Shown here: piece by piece, positions 41,690 to 55,644 of the stretch
Position numbering within the stretch: the stretch's first letter is position 1
Layout: every line of letters begins with the position of its first letter
Assembly (NCBI GenBank): GCA_964016885.1
Contig: OZ024741.1
Coordinates: forward strand, 160,766,001 to 160,830,000
Length of the DNA: 64,000 bases
Direction of reading: 5' to 3'
Source of the DNA: Eledone cirrhosa
Lineage: Eukaryota
Translations under genes and position numbers: made by a program
Notes under the pieces: generated by a model
What the model was told of the DNA's origin: nothing
The model's input: the letters and a program-made list of their open reading frames with translations, nothing else
Database searches by the model: none

Positions 41690-42432
41690 ATCATCATCAT
41701 CATCATCATCATTGTTTACCATCTACCTTCTACGCTAGCATGGGTTAGACGGGAATTGTCCCACTTGAGGCAAGATTGATCGGGTGACTGTGTCTCACTC
41801 ATATAGGACTGTATCTGGCAGGTTTTCTACAGCTGCATGCCCTTCCTAACGCCAACCACATTTACAGTGGGGACTGGGAGCCTTTTTACCGTGTCTCCTA
41901 CACAACCACTTTACAGTGTGGACTGGGTACTTTTTGTAGTGACACCTACATGACCTCTTTAGTGTGGACTGGATGTTGTGTGGTACCAACATAACTTTAC
42001 AGAGAAAGGATGGTGTGGGGTGTGGGGTGTATATTGGGTTAAGAGGTGCCTACTGACTGTAGGTTTAAGTTTGTACGTAGGGAAGGCGGGTGCTCTGTAT
42101 TACTGTGTAGCGCCAAAGGTCTCAATCCAGTGACATTCTCTTAGAGTGTGCAAGGTCAGATTTTATCATGTCGTCCCAGGTTTTTCTGGGTCTACCTATT
42201 CCATAACTTCCATCAATTTTGATCACCCTGCACTTTTTTATACAGCTGTCGTCTTTCATACGCATCACATGACTATACCAATGTAATCTCCTCTTAAGTA
42301 AACAGCATCTGATCCCTCTTATTCCTAATTTCTCACCTTGTTTGTTTATGTTTTGCCGTTCGTATGTATTACACATCTATTGGAGCATGTATACTTCGTT
42401 CCTTTCCAATTTGTGTGAGTCCTCTGCACACA
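41690..42432 (-). mobile_element. RTE LINE 3' fragment with UTR and tail
   Basis: ORF 42122..42376 has GIRGIRCCLL...GRPRKTW; (CAT)n on the + strand at 41692. Confidence 0.9.
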
Positions 42433-42882
42433 TATTTCTGTCTGTGTTTGTATTTACTGTTTGTTTATGTCCCATAACGTAGAAGTTCATTAAAAAAAAA
42501 TGATAAAATAAGTACAGGAATCGATATGATTGACTAAATTCCTTTAACCCTTTAGCATTTACATTACTCTATATATACTATGGTATTTTTGTGGTAAAGG
42601 CTTTATATTACATAATTATCTGACATAATATTGAATCTATGAGATTTTGATGTTATTTATTTTGAGAACAATACCTCAACATAAGTATGAGTAGCTAGTT
42701 ACAACCGGTTTTCACAGAAAGAGGTGAGAGAATTCTGGCCAGATATGGCCAGTTTAAATGCTAAAGGGATAAAGCAGTGACCAAACATGGCCAAAACCTA
42801 ATGACTGAAACCAATAAAAAAATAAAAGAATTTATTTTTTGCAAAGTTTGTACAGTGAATAATTGAACTCCATATCTTTCAG

Positions 42883-42971
42883 ATACCAACTGGCTGCTCT
42901 AACTATTGAGCAAAACGACCCCTTACAACAATCACTGTCTAAATTAGAAGCTAAATCAAACATTTTGAAAT
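42883..42971 (+). other. Putative non-coding 5' UTR exon of the vWA gene. A further upstream exon may end at 39453.
   Basis: ctttcag| ... |gtaagc, then a 75-nt intron to ttctag|43047. Upstream there is a TATA-like run at ~39390 and a strong donor CAG|gtgagt at 39453/4. Confidence 0.5.
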
Positions 42972-43060
42972 GTAAGCAACAGTTACAACTTTTGAAGCAC
43001 TGAGAGATAATTTTTTTCTTTTATTCTTTACTTTATTTTGTTCTAGAAAACTCTACAACA

Positions 43061-43400
43061 ATGTGGATTCTTGGAATTCTCACAATAACACTCATCTCAC
43101 ACACACTGTCCATTGGAGAAGACTATTTTGGTTATGGAAGTCAACAGGATCCCAAATATGGAGAAGGCTGGAATAATGATGACTTATGGAATCCTGTTAG
43201 AAACAACTCCTATTCTCCTGTGGTAGAACACCAGAAATCTGTTCGTCCTTATCACAATTATCCACGATACAATGAACCATTCTTTAGAGATTTGTCGTTA
43301 AATGGTGAATGGGGATATTTTAGGTTTTGGAAGCAGCCCAGACCTGCAACTCAGCACAAGCCCTATGAAGGTCAATATCATGGACATAACTTTTTCGAAG
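43061..43400 (+). CDS. Secreted vWA-domain protein, coding exon 1 (signal peptide plus aromatic-rich region)
   Basis: acaacaATG; hydrophobic leader MWILGILTITLISHTLS; donor AAG|gtaaac, phase 1. Confidence 0.8.
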
Positions 43401-43546
43401 GTAAACAGAAAAAAAATCAATCAATCAATTAATTAATTGATCTCCATTTGTTGAACTGGTAAGTTATAGAACATAAACAAATAGTAAGCATAAACACACG
43501 CACACGTATATAAATATGTGTGTATGTGTGTGCGTGTGTGTGAGTG

Positions 43547-43591
<45 letters not shown>

Positions 43592-43673
43592 TTGAAAAAT
43601 GATAAGAATGACTTTTGTGGTAGTTGTTATTCTTTAAGGATCAATTGTTTTATGAGAAGTTCTTGTAATTCTA

Positions 43674-43891
43674 GTGATCAGGTATTTTGATTGAGTTTCT
43701 CACATACAGTGATCAGGCATTTCAATTGAGTTTCTCACATACAGTGATCAGCCATTTTGATTGAGTTTCTCACATACAGTGATCAGGCATTTCAATTGAG
43801 TTTCTCACATACAGTGATCAGGCATTTTGATTGAGTTTCTCACATTACTGTGATCAGGCATTTTGATTGAGTTTCTCAAATTACTGTGATC
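43674..43891. repeat. 35-bp minisatellite, about 6 copies
   Basis: Unit gtgatcaggcattttgattgagtttctcacataca. Confidence 0.95.
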
Positions 43892-44844
43892 TTCAAACTA
43901 GTTCTTAGATCCTTGGTCTTACTGTTGATATTATCTTGACATATGTTTGGGGGTGACGTTGGGGTGGCAAGAGTGCATGTACAAAACAATGTGTGAATTA
44001 AATCATCCAAGATAAGAGATAAGTATGTGTCATTGTTTTGTGATTTAAAGAAAAAAGTATTGAGGTGGGATGGGAATGAGGTTAGTGTTGTGGGGATGGT
44101 CAGGTCAAATAAAATACACACACACACGCACATGCACACTCACACATATATGTGTGTGTGCATGAATCGCTTGAAGTCCGTTCATTAACAAAAGCAAGTT
44201 GATCGTTTATGACGCTTAGATGAATTCATTTCACAATCTACCAGAAATAATTGTAAGTGATTATAACAATTTTTAATGAAAGTAGGTTGATTTTTTCAAA
44301 TACTTTTGAATGTACATGCTCTGTTTATTTCCTAAATGCATCACTAACTTTTCCCACACTTTAACCTAGTTCCTCTTTTAACACTTGTTTTGCATGATTT
44401 AAACATTGAGCAATGTGTCTCTTTCCGTGGTTGGCAATTACAATATATAAGTTTGTCTCTACTCTCCTTTGAGATTTGATTGTATAGTTTCACTTTTGAT
44501 ATATATATATAGTGGTGGAACACTGGAAGGTAATATCCGTAGTGGCACTCAGTCCATGGGATGAGTTAGGTAGAAGTGGTTACACAACAGTTAGTTCACC
44601 ATACCGAGAACAAGTATTGTTCTCGGTATGGTGAACTAACTGTTGTGTAACCACTTCTATATATATATATATATATATATATACACGCACACACAGAAGT
44701 AAAACAACACATGACAGGCTTTCACAGTATTCCCATCAACCAAATTCACTCACAAGGCATTGGTTGGCCTGAGACTATTGCCTGAGACTACTTGCCTAAA
44801 TTGCCATACAGGTGGACTGTATATATATATATATATATATATAT

Positions 44845-46193
<1,349 letters not shown>

Positions 46194-46315
46194 TTATACT
46201 CCAAGATTGAACGGTATTCTTACAAACTTGTGGAGTTACCCCTAACCGTACGTTGAAACCATCCATGAAACTGGCTTTCTTAACCAAAAACTGGATCACA
46301 ATTTGCTTTTCTAAC

Positions 46316-46406
<91 letters not shown>

Positions 46407-46471
46407 AAATATTGTGATAAGCGGAGCAAGCAAGATTCAAACAATTTTTTTAAATATTTACCTATTCCAAT

Positions 46472-46555
46472 TGCTTTTACCGAACGGTTTCACTTCACAA
46501 AAGATTGGAGATCCCTAGGGACTTCCAATGGAAAAGTTTAGATCATCAGAAAGCA
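46472..46555 (-). ncRNA. Type-I hammerhead ribozyme with an enlarged stem II region
   Basis: tgcttt CTGATGA [52-nt insert with hairpin attggaagtccc-ta-gggatctccaat] GAAA ccg-tt-cgg TA aaagca. Confidence 0.8.
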
Positions 46556-46590
46556 TTTTCCTTTCCTAGGACAAAAGGTCCCTGGAACGG

Positions 46591-46632
<42 letters not shown>

Positions 46633-46950
46633 GTTACACAACAGTTAACGGAGAAGTAAAATATAGGAGAACAGACCATTAAAAGATGTGTTTATTTAAA
46701 ATAGCACCTATGTACGTTTCGCCCGAATGGGCTTCTCAAGGACATAATAACTAAAAAGCATTCCTTACATGACCCGGAATGGGTTTTTAGAGATAAGTTC
46801 ACGTCAGAGTTCATTCTTCGTGAAAAAACGTTTTGATTTTGTAGTAGGTCAAGGGAGATAACTCTGGCCGGTGTTGGGCAGTCCTTATATATTTAATATA
46901 GAAAAGGCTTCTACGGGACTAGAACTGTTTCATTCGGGAGAAATCATCAG

Positions 46951-47001
46951 GGCTTCCTGATGATTTCTCCCAAATGAAACAGTTCTAGTCCTGTAGAAGT
47001 C
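46951..47001 (+). ncRNA. Type-I hammerhead ribozyme (family A PLE-like terminus, which extends to ~47088)
   Basis: ggcttc CTGATGA t-ttctcccaaa-t GAAA cag-ttctagtc-ctg TA gaagtc; predicted GUA cleavage triplet. Confidence 0.8.
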
Positions 47002-48497
47002 TTTTCTATATTAAATATTTATACTCTGCTTTGTATTGAGTACCTTACTTACTGTGGTTACCCCCGATTGGACCCGGGATAAACTTATACATATATATAT
47101 ATATATATATATATCATCCTCATATCATCATTTAACATCTGCTTTTTCATCCTAGCATGGGTTTGACAGGTCATCACAGACTAGGTCAGTACTTAATCAG
47201 AGCTATCCTACATCTTACTTCTTACAGAAGATACAGGGTGCCTTTTATTGTGACACTGGCATTTGGCACTAGGCAGTAAATCAAGTCCTTCACACAACTG
47301 AAGAGCTCCCTAGACAGAGGCTACTGGATGCATTTATGATGTAGATCACCAATACTAGGGAAGTTGTCATGTCTATGACACAGTTCTTGATCCTTTGCTT
47401 AGTAAGTTTTCTATAACTGGATGTTCTTCCTAATGCCAATCACTTTACAGCATCTATTGAGTGCATTTTTGATGGCACCAGCACTGAAGAGGTTTCCCTC
47501 TCTACCTTATAATTGTAAAGTGAACTCCTTAACCATACCAATTTATTTGGTGTTAAAAATATTAATAAAATGGAGAAAGATATGATGTTTAATATTTCCA
47601 CACATTAGTGGTTGATTTGGCAGAGTTGTTAGAGTAATCTATATTTGTTTCAGCTTTCTATACTCTGTGTTTAAATTCTTCCAAAGTCAACCTTTTCCTT
47701 TTCTCCTTTTGTAAGTCAATACAGAAAGTACCATTCTAGTGATAGTATATCCCTTTCTCCTTCCAGCTGACACATCGTAGATGTAACACTGGATCAAGGG
47801 AGGGAAGGTTGACAGTGTGTTTGTGTCTGCTCATTGTTAACTAAAAAAAAAGCTTTGGGTATACTACCAAGTCATACTCGATTGTAAGTGACTGCTGTTG
47901 TAGTTTTATTCCAAGGTAAAATTTTGTAATGTATTTTTTCTTTCTTCTTTTTACTTTTTTTCAGTCATTACACTGTGGCCATGCTGCAGCACAGCCTTAA
48001 AGGGATTTAGTCAATCATATTGATCTCAGTATTTATTTTTCAAGCCTGATACTTATTTTATTGATCTCTTTTTTGTTGATCTGCTAAATTACAGGCACAA
48101 ACATAAACATGTATACACACACACTGGCATCTAACAAACCTTTTGACAGTGAATTGTTGGTCCGTTTGGTGAAACAATATGTTGAGGTATTTGCTCATAA
48201 ATGATTGATTTGGATAATCCAAATAAGGGACAAAACAATTGTAATTCAATATTTAATGTAAAACCATATTTGGTAATTACTTTAACGAATAATTTGCTTC
48301 ATGTGTAATTATTATTTTTAACATAATAGGATTTTGTACACATGCTTGTTTGAAAATCTTTCAAGGAAGTATGAAACATACCCTTTTCTACTGTTTATTA
48401 TAATAAATTACTGTATTTTGAGCTATTTTAACTCCGCCAGCTACTTCTTTCCAGTTTTTATGTTTTTTTGTTTTTTGTTTTTTTTTAAACGCTATAT

Positions 48498-48558
<61 letters not shown>

Positions 48559-48756
48559 AAAATGTATGACTCCGACGGCAGAGCTCAAGCCGTTTCGACG
48601 GCTATTTCTGGACTAAATTTAGTCGAGAAATAGCCGTTGAAACGGCTAGAGCTCTGCCATCGGGGTCATACATTTTCCTATTACCCACTCTACTACCCTA
48701 AGTATTGAGTACTCTGGTGCGTTATGGTCCATCTGGTTCCTTACCACAACTCCTTC

Positions 48757-48795
<39 letters not shown>

Positions 48796-49010
48796 CATAT
48801 ATATAAGTTGGGCTTCTGCTGTTTCTATCTATCAAAGTCCATTTACAAGGAATTGGTCAACTCAATGCTATAGTAAAAGACACTCACTCAAGATCCAGTG
48901 ATGTGTGACTGAATCTAGACCCATGTGGTTGTGAAGCAAATTCCTTAACCACACATCCATGCCTGCACCTATTGGTAAATTTCCTATATATATATTTTTT
49001 CTAATGACAG

Positions 49011-49141
49011 ACTTTGAACGAGCTTTCACTCAAATGTGTTGTCGATTTGAAGACAGATTTCTGAAGAACTTTGCCAGTTTTAGTAAGAATTATTCAGAAG
49101 GCAAGAGGAACAAATTGCTTCTTATTGACCTTTCTTCACAG
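49011..49141 (+). CDS. Secreted vWA-domain protein, coding exon 2
   Basis: gacag|(D)FERAFTQMCCRFEDRF...KRNKLLLIDLSSQ|gtaaga; phase 1 to 0; contains the first vWA strand (LLLIDLSS). Confidence 0.82.
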
Positions 49142-49419
49142 GTAAGAGGGTTTTTTTCAGTTCTGTTTACATAATCAGCATCATCATTATCATTGAAATC
49201 ATCATTATCTTCATTTTCATCACAATCAGCATCAACATTATCATCAACATCATAACCACCACCATCATTGATTTTATGTCTACCTTTTCCATGTTTGTAT
49301 GATCTGGGATAAGACATTTTCAGACAGGTTTTATTTCCTACAGTTGGATACCTCTTCCTGACACCATTCCGTACCTTATTTCATAAGTATAGTAAGTATA
49401 TATATTAATGTTTAATCTT

Positions 49420-49945
49420 TTCTAGATGGATTGAGTCAAAGCCTTTATAAAGTCAATGAAAGTTAGTACAGCTTTCGGGATCTTTTTTCTGATGCCTTCT
49501 AGTAGCCTTCGCAGTGTTAATATTTTTGAGACAGTTGATCTATTCTGTCTGAAACCATTTTGATTTATTATGAGTTTCAGGTCTAGATATGGTTTTATTC
49601 TGTTTAGTGGGATTCTGTTGTAGATTTTAGCTGCAACTACTGACAAAGTAATTCCTTAGTAATTAGCTATATATCCCAGGTCACCTTCCTTGGGTAGAGG
49701 CACTATTCTTCCTTTTCTTTGAATTTCTGGTACATCTTTGAAGTCTTTTGGCAGATTTCAAACAACTCATCGTTCATGCATACTTTCTATATTATCTAAA
49801 CCTGTAATTTTTTTGTTTTGTGTTGTCTTGATTGTATCACTCAACTCCTTTATTGTAAAATCCCCAACATCAATAGACCATGGGTCAAATACCATGCCAA
49901 TATTTCTTTCAACTATCAAGGGAAGTTGTCCAAGTAACTTAACAA
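49420..49945 (-). mobile_element. Degenerate RTE-like RT fragment in a vWA-gene intron
   Basis: SVVAAKIYNRI...NQNGFRQNRST...ILTLRRLLEG...FIDF. Confidence 0.85.
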
Positions 49946-50099
49946 AATTCTCATCGTTTTTACATTGCCTTTTTCATGTTGGCATGGGTTGGACAAGGCA
50001 TGTTGAGGCAATGTTTCACAGCCAGATGCCTTTCCTCACACCTGGATAGAAGTAATTTTGATTTTTTTTGTTTGATTTACATTTTTATATATCTTCCAG

Positions 50100-50376
50100 A
50101 TATCTACAGATGAACTCTCTCACATCAAAGAAAGTCTTGCATTGATGGTTGACAACATGTGTCTGTCGAAAAACACTGGCCATACACTTGACCATACTAT
50201 TGATGTCCATTCCTTGACATTGATCACAAACAATGACAAAGTGAAAAAATACCATTCACAAACGGAAAGTATTGAAGAACTTAAAGAAGCCATCTATCAG
50301 CTGAATGGACATGATGGCATAGGTTGTGTAACTTCACTGCTGAAGAAGGCATACACTCACATCGATAAATACACAG
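50100..50376 (+). CDS. Secreted vWA-domain protein, coding exon 3
   Basis: cttccag|ISTDELSHIKESLALMVDNMC...SIEELKEAIYQL...LLKKAYTHIDKYT g|gtcaga; phase 0 to 1. Confidence 0.82.
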
Positions 50377-50461
50377 GTCAGATCACAATTTGGCTTTCTA
50401 ACAAGCACCGTTTTACTATTTTCTAAGAAACTAGGCGATGATGTTATTCTTTATAAATATA

Positions 50462-50710
50462 TACAGGCTGAGTCATAAGTAACCAGACAGTCAATGCATT
50501 TTTATTGCAAGATGCACAGATAACTTTTTGAACATCTGCTTATTTGTATGTAATCAGCCATGTTTTGTGCATTTTTTATTCCATGAATGAAATAGCCAGA
50601 TGCTGTGAGCTGTGGTTCCAGCAAGACAATGCACCTCCTCATTACAGTATTGTTGCATGCAACTGGCTTGATAAACACTTCCCATGCAGATAAATCAGAC
50701 GGGATGGTGC
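50462..50710 (+). mobile_element. Tc1/mariner-like DNA transposon remnant
   Basis: Starts TA-CAGG; 50610-50710 translates as LWFQQDNAPPHYSIVACNWLDKHFPCR*IRRDG, the second-Asp motif of the DDE/D domain. Confidence 0.75.
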
Positions 50711-50744
50711 ATATTATACATATGCTTCATTTTCGGCCTGAGCT

Positions 50745-51155
50745 CGTGGGCAGTCAGGTCTTCTGTATTACTGCATAATGCCAGAGATCCTGGTTATGTC
50801 ATCGCCTTTGAGAGGTGCATTTTGGCAAGGTCAGCTTTTATTACCTCATCCCAAGTTTTCCTAGGCCTGCCCACTCCATGGCTTCTGCCAACTTTGAGTG
50901 CTTTGCACCTATTTATACAGCTGTTATTCTTCACACACATCACATGTCCATACCAGCACAATCTCCTCTCCTGCACACTGCATCTGATTCCTCTTATGCC
51001 TAGTTTCTCTCTCAGTGCGTTTATACTTTGCCATTCACATATATTACTATTAGACATCGATTGGGGCATGCAAACTTCATTCCTATCTAATCTTCTGCAC
51101 ACTGCGCCTAGGACTCGCTACCATGTAACATTGTTGTTGCCGTTCAATTTAAGGG
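50745..51155 (-). mobile_element. RTE 3' fragment
   Basis: ORF 50794..51102 has GIRGIRCSVQERRLCWYGHV...GRPRKTW. Confidence 0.9.
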
Positions 51156-51944
51156 AAAAACCTATATATAGGAGGAAATCCATCCAAAATGTAGCATTCT
51201 CCTCCATTTCCTCTTAGCGTGAACCCAATATGAATTTGTATATTTGGCTCCCTGTGTTTGTTTTGTTTCATTTATTAACTATGTGTATATATATGTATAT
51301 GTGTGTGTATATATATATATAGAACTCACTACCTCATGATTGTGAGGCCAACACTCAACACTAAGCCACATACAGTGTTGAGTGTTGGCCTCACAATCAT
51401 GAGGTAGTGAGTTCTAGGCAGTGCATTGTCTTCTTGAGCAAGACACTTTATTTCATGTTGCTCCAGTTCACTCAACTCTAGAAATGAATTGCAACGTAAC
51501 TGGTGCCAAACTGTATTGGCATTTGCCTTTCCCTTGGACAACATCCATGGTGTGGAGAGGGGAGACTAGTATGCATGGGTCTTTTATGTATGTATTCATA
51601 TATATGGGATCAGCCTTTTATTTATATATGTGTTGTTAAAGTCATGGATTTATTAGAACCTTCTTGCATTTTATAATATGGCCTCTGCAATTCATTTGGA
51701 ACAACAAAGTCCCAAGGTTCATAATTTTATCAACATTTCCAACATAATTTTATCAACATTTCCCTCACTGTCTGATCACAAGGAGTGTTGGCTATTTACT
51801 GCCATCTTTACTTTAGGCATATGTATTTTATGAAGTTATATGCAGTTCTTAAGATTTTGGCTGCACACTATGATTTTCACACTGGAATTTGAATCATAAA
51901 GCTTGACTGTTAGACTTTTAAGTTGTAAGTCATGTGTATGCTGA

Positions 51945-52515
51945 TAATTGTTTCTACTTTTAGCACAAGGCCAGCAATTAACCAGTACATTACTGGTACT
52001 TTATTTTATTGACTCCGTAAGGATGAAAGGCAAAGTTAACCTTGATGGGATTTGAACTCAGACCGTAAAGGGATGTAACTATGCGTCAAAGCATGGTGTC
52101 CAACCCTCTACCGAAACTACCAATTCACTGCCATGTGTATGCTGATAATGTGATTTGACTATACTGGATATTGGTCTTAGCACCATATTGTCATATAAGT
52201 ATTAAATGTAATACAAAATTCATTACACCAAACTACGAATTAGCATTAATAATTGTTTCTACTTTGGGCACAAGGCCAACAATTACCCAGTGTATTACTG
52301 GTAATTTATTTTATCGACCCCGTAAGGATGAAAGGCAAAGTTAACCTCGGCGGGATTTGAACTCAGAATGGAAAGGGCCGTAACTCTTTGCGTCCATTAA
52401 TAATTGTTTCTACTTTAGGCACAAGGCCAGCAATTACCAGTGCATTACTGGTACTTTATTTTATCGACCCAGTAAGGATGAAAGGCAAAGTCAACCTCGG
52501 CAGGATTTGAACTCA
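51945..52515 (-). mobile_element. Cluster of three octopus-type SINE copies in the same orientation
   Basis: Three repeats of taattgtttctacttt...aaggatgaaaggcaaag...ggatttgaactcag at ~51945, 52250 and 52400. Confidence 0.9.
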
Positions 52516-52533
52516 GTTAATAATATAGAGTAA

Positions 52534-52571
<38 letters not shown>

Positions 52572-52609
52572 GGAGGCACATGACTTAGTGATTAGAACAT
52601 TATATATAT

Positions 52610-53062
52610 GGAGGCACATGACTTAGTGGTTAGAGCATTGGCCTTGCAATCGAAAGGTTGTGAGTTCAATTCTCAGACCGGGTGACGTGTTGTTTCCTTG
52701 AGCAAGACACTTTATTTCACATTGCTCCAGTTTACTCAGCTGTAGAAATGAGATGATAGGACTGGGGTCCCTATCAATCCACGTCAAAGTGGTCGTGGAG
52801 GTGCCATGGCAAAAAAAGCACCCAGCCCACACTGTAAAGTGGACGTGAAGGCGCTGCAGAAAAAAAGCACCCACCACTCACTGTAAATGAGGTTGGTGTT
52901 AGGAAGGGCATCTAGCTGTAGAAATCAAGCCAGAATCAGTTCCTGTATGAGCAAGACAAGGTCAGCCAACCAGACACTGCCCACAACAGGACAACCCGTC
53001 TAACTAATGCTAGCGTAGAAGAACGGACGTAAAACGGTGATGATGATGATGATGATGATGAT
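52610..53062 (+). mobile_element. Full-length tRNA/CORE-type SINE with an RTE-derived 3' half
   Basis: A-box-like tgacttagtgg, B box gagttcaattc, ccttgagcaagacactt core, shared RTE UTR motif ggttggtgttaggaagggcatc and (GAT)n tail. Confidence 0.88.
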
Positions 53063-53113
53063 AAGACGGGATTAAATCACCATAATTGTTTATTGCATTA
53101 TATATGTATATAT

Positions 53114-53256
53114 AAGGAAATCATCCTGATGATTTCCTTCGAATGAAACAGTTCTAGTCCTATAGAAACCATTTCTATATTAAATTTTGTATATACTTCA
53201 CTAATGTATTGCGTACCTTGATTACTGTGGTTACTCCCGATTGAACCCAGGACTCA
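53114..53256 (+). mobile_element. Family A PLE-terminus-like repeat with a damaged hammerhead
   Basis: CTGATGA t-ttc-cttc-gaa-t GAAA cagttctagtccta TA. The 5' side is replaced by a 12-bp inverted copy. Confidence 0.8.
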
Positions 53257-53257
53257 C

Positions 53258-53290
<33 letters not shown>

Positions 53291-53311
53291 GTAGAGTGGG
53301 AAATACTTTTT

Positions 53312-53355
<44 letters not shown>

Positions 53356-53464
53356 TGTGTGTGTGTGTGTGATCATATGTAAGTGTTATACTTTTACTTC
53401 TCTATTTTTTTTTATTTTACATTATCTTGTGTTATTTGTTTCCCTTTTCTTGCTTTACCTTCAG

Positions 53465-53751
53465 ATGGATCCAAAACACGAATTGAAAGTGATGTGCTTC
53501 TAATAACAGATGGCCGATCAACATGTCGCTCAGCACACGCGGTGGAGGCACGGCGTCTACGCTCAGTTGCACAGGTGTCAGTCATAACAATTATCAAAAG
53601 AGATCAAATTACCAACAGAAAGATTAAAATAACTGATATAGCATCTGATAGTTCTACAGATAATGTCTATAATTTCAGAAGCTGCAATGATTTCCTTGGT
53701 ATGATGAAGCACATCAACACCTCTCCTTGTAAAAAATGTCCAGCCATTTAA
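53465..53751 (+). CDS. Secreted vWA-domain protein, last coding exon
   Basis: ccttcag|(D)GSKTRIESDVLLITDGRSTC...EARRLR...VSVITI...IAS...NVYNF...CKKCPAI*; AATAAA at ~53838. Confidence 0.85.
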
Positions 53752-54907
53752 TTTTGCTATGAATAACTAAATAACCACTAAGCAACAACAAGTCTCACAC
53801 ACCTGGCTGCTTCTTTAATTATTTCTTTATTATGTACAATAAAAAGTTGATAAAATAATGGCACAATATATCTTACTACATACACATTATGCTAACAGAT
53901 ATCCTCCTCATCATCATTTAATGTCTATTTTTCCTGCTAGCAAGGATTGGACATATCGTCACAGACAGGGGGCCTGACATACAATCCCGTGCTCTACTGA
54001 GTGCCTAGAGATTGTGAGTCACTAGGAAAGTTAACATGGCTTTGATATAGCTGAAGTGTCTGACCTTTTGTTTAGCAGGTTTCCTGTGGCTCGATGCCCT
54101 TTCAATCAACAACCACTTTACAGAGTGTATTGGGTGTGTTTATCATGTAGATCAGAGGTGTGCAACATATTCCATTGGTGGGCCACTTTTGAACATTGGA
54201 ACAACTATTAAGGCCATTAATATTTAAGTACTATTCCAAAGATTCACCACAACTTCTTTCCATAACATGGAACTGGGAAATTAGAACACACATAACCCTA
54301 TCAGTGAAGCGCTTTAGTATAGGTCATCGCAGGCCACTCTGACTGGTCTGGCGGGCCGAATTGTGACGTGCGAGTCGCCTGTTGCACGCCCCTAATGTAG
54401 ATCAACAACACTACAGAGATTATCATGTCTATAGCACAGTTGAAGAGTCTTCATAATGCTTCGTTTGGCAAGTTTTATATAGCTGGATGCCTTTCCTATC
54501 ATCAATCATTTTACAGAATGCATTGGCAGTGACCATTTATTCTCTCCGTCTTTCTGCTAAATAGCATGGTGGGCAGTGCTGTGCTTGCTTGCATTGACTG
54601 TGACCACATCCTTCTGATAAGCATAGCATTGCAGGTAGTGCTGTGTTTACATTATGGGCGACCATTCATTCTCCTTATCCTTCTGCCTTTAAAATATAAC
54701 AGGTGTGATATAAGTCGATAAACTGAAGCTGAATATATAAAACTGTCTCTCTTCTTCTTAATATATACATATATAGGTGAGACTAGTCAGACCATTATTC
54801 AATTTAGAACCCTATACATATGAACTATAGAGTATATATAAGGATTTTCTGCCTTACAGTTATGTTTTCCATTTTGTTATATTATGTCTGTATATGTATA
54901 TATGTAT

Positions 54908-54966
<59 letters not shown>

Positions 54967-55644
54967 TATATGTATGTATGTTTATATTTACAACTTAGTT
55001 GATTTACATATATCTATAAAAAAAAATAGAGGTAGATAGATTGATAAGCAAACATACATATTTCTAGCAATTACAAGACATGGTGTGTGTGTGTATATGT
55101 ATATATATATACATATATATATATCAAATGAAGCAAAGGACTTGCATTTATCCCTGCAATTTTCTGAGCTCTTCAAAATACAATATTGAGAGGAGGGAAC
55201 ACACAAAAAGAATGTGTTTTCAATTACAGGGGGTATATTACCACTAGAGTGAAGAACATAAACTACGAAAGGTACAGGAAATACATTATTAGTAGAAAGA
55301 TTAATCAAAATGGAAAACCCACCTTCATAACTATGACACCTGTACAGACTCAGAGAGAATGTTTCACCATAAATAGTGTAAGAATCATATTTTCCCATGG
55401 ATCTTCAGCAGGTGTAGAGAAAATATGTCCCACACTTCTAAATAAAAATTAGGTAACTGAATTGCAGCACATCGAGAGAGAAAGGGAAAGATACGCACGT
55501 TAGACAGTAGCTAGTGGCTTGAATGGAAAAAGAAAACTGCTAGAAATGGCAGCCTATAACCATTTAACTTAAACTGCTCAACAAACCTGTAATTGAAAAC
55601 ACATTCTTTTCGTGTATTCTCCCCTCTCTCTCTATATATATATA

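Noticed and set aside
43674-43891. CRISPR-like 35-bp repeats
   Set aside because: There are no unique spacers and no cas genes, and the context is eukaryotic; this is a simple minisatellite.
52610-52690. tRNA-like sequences here and at ~17935 and ~51375
   Set aside because: These are SINE heads with no complete cloverleaf, followed by SINE core sequence.
54300-54395. GC-rich patch resembling a hAT-type terminal repeat
   Set aside because: Only one plausible end is present and no TSD was identified.
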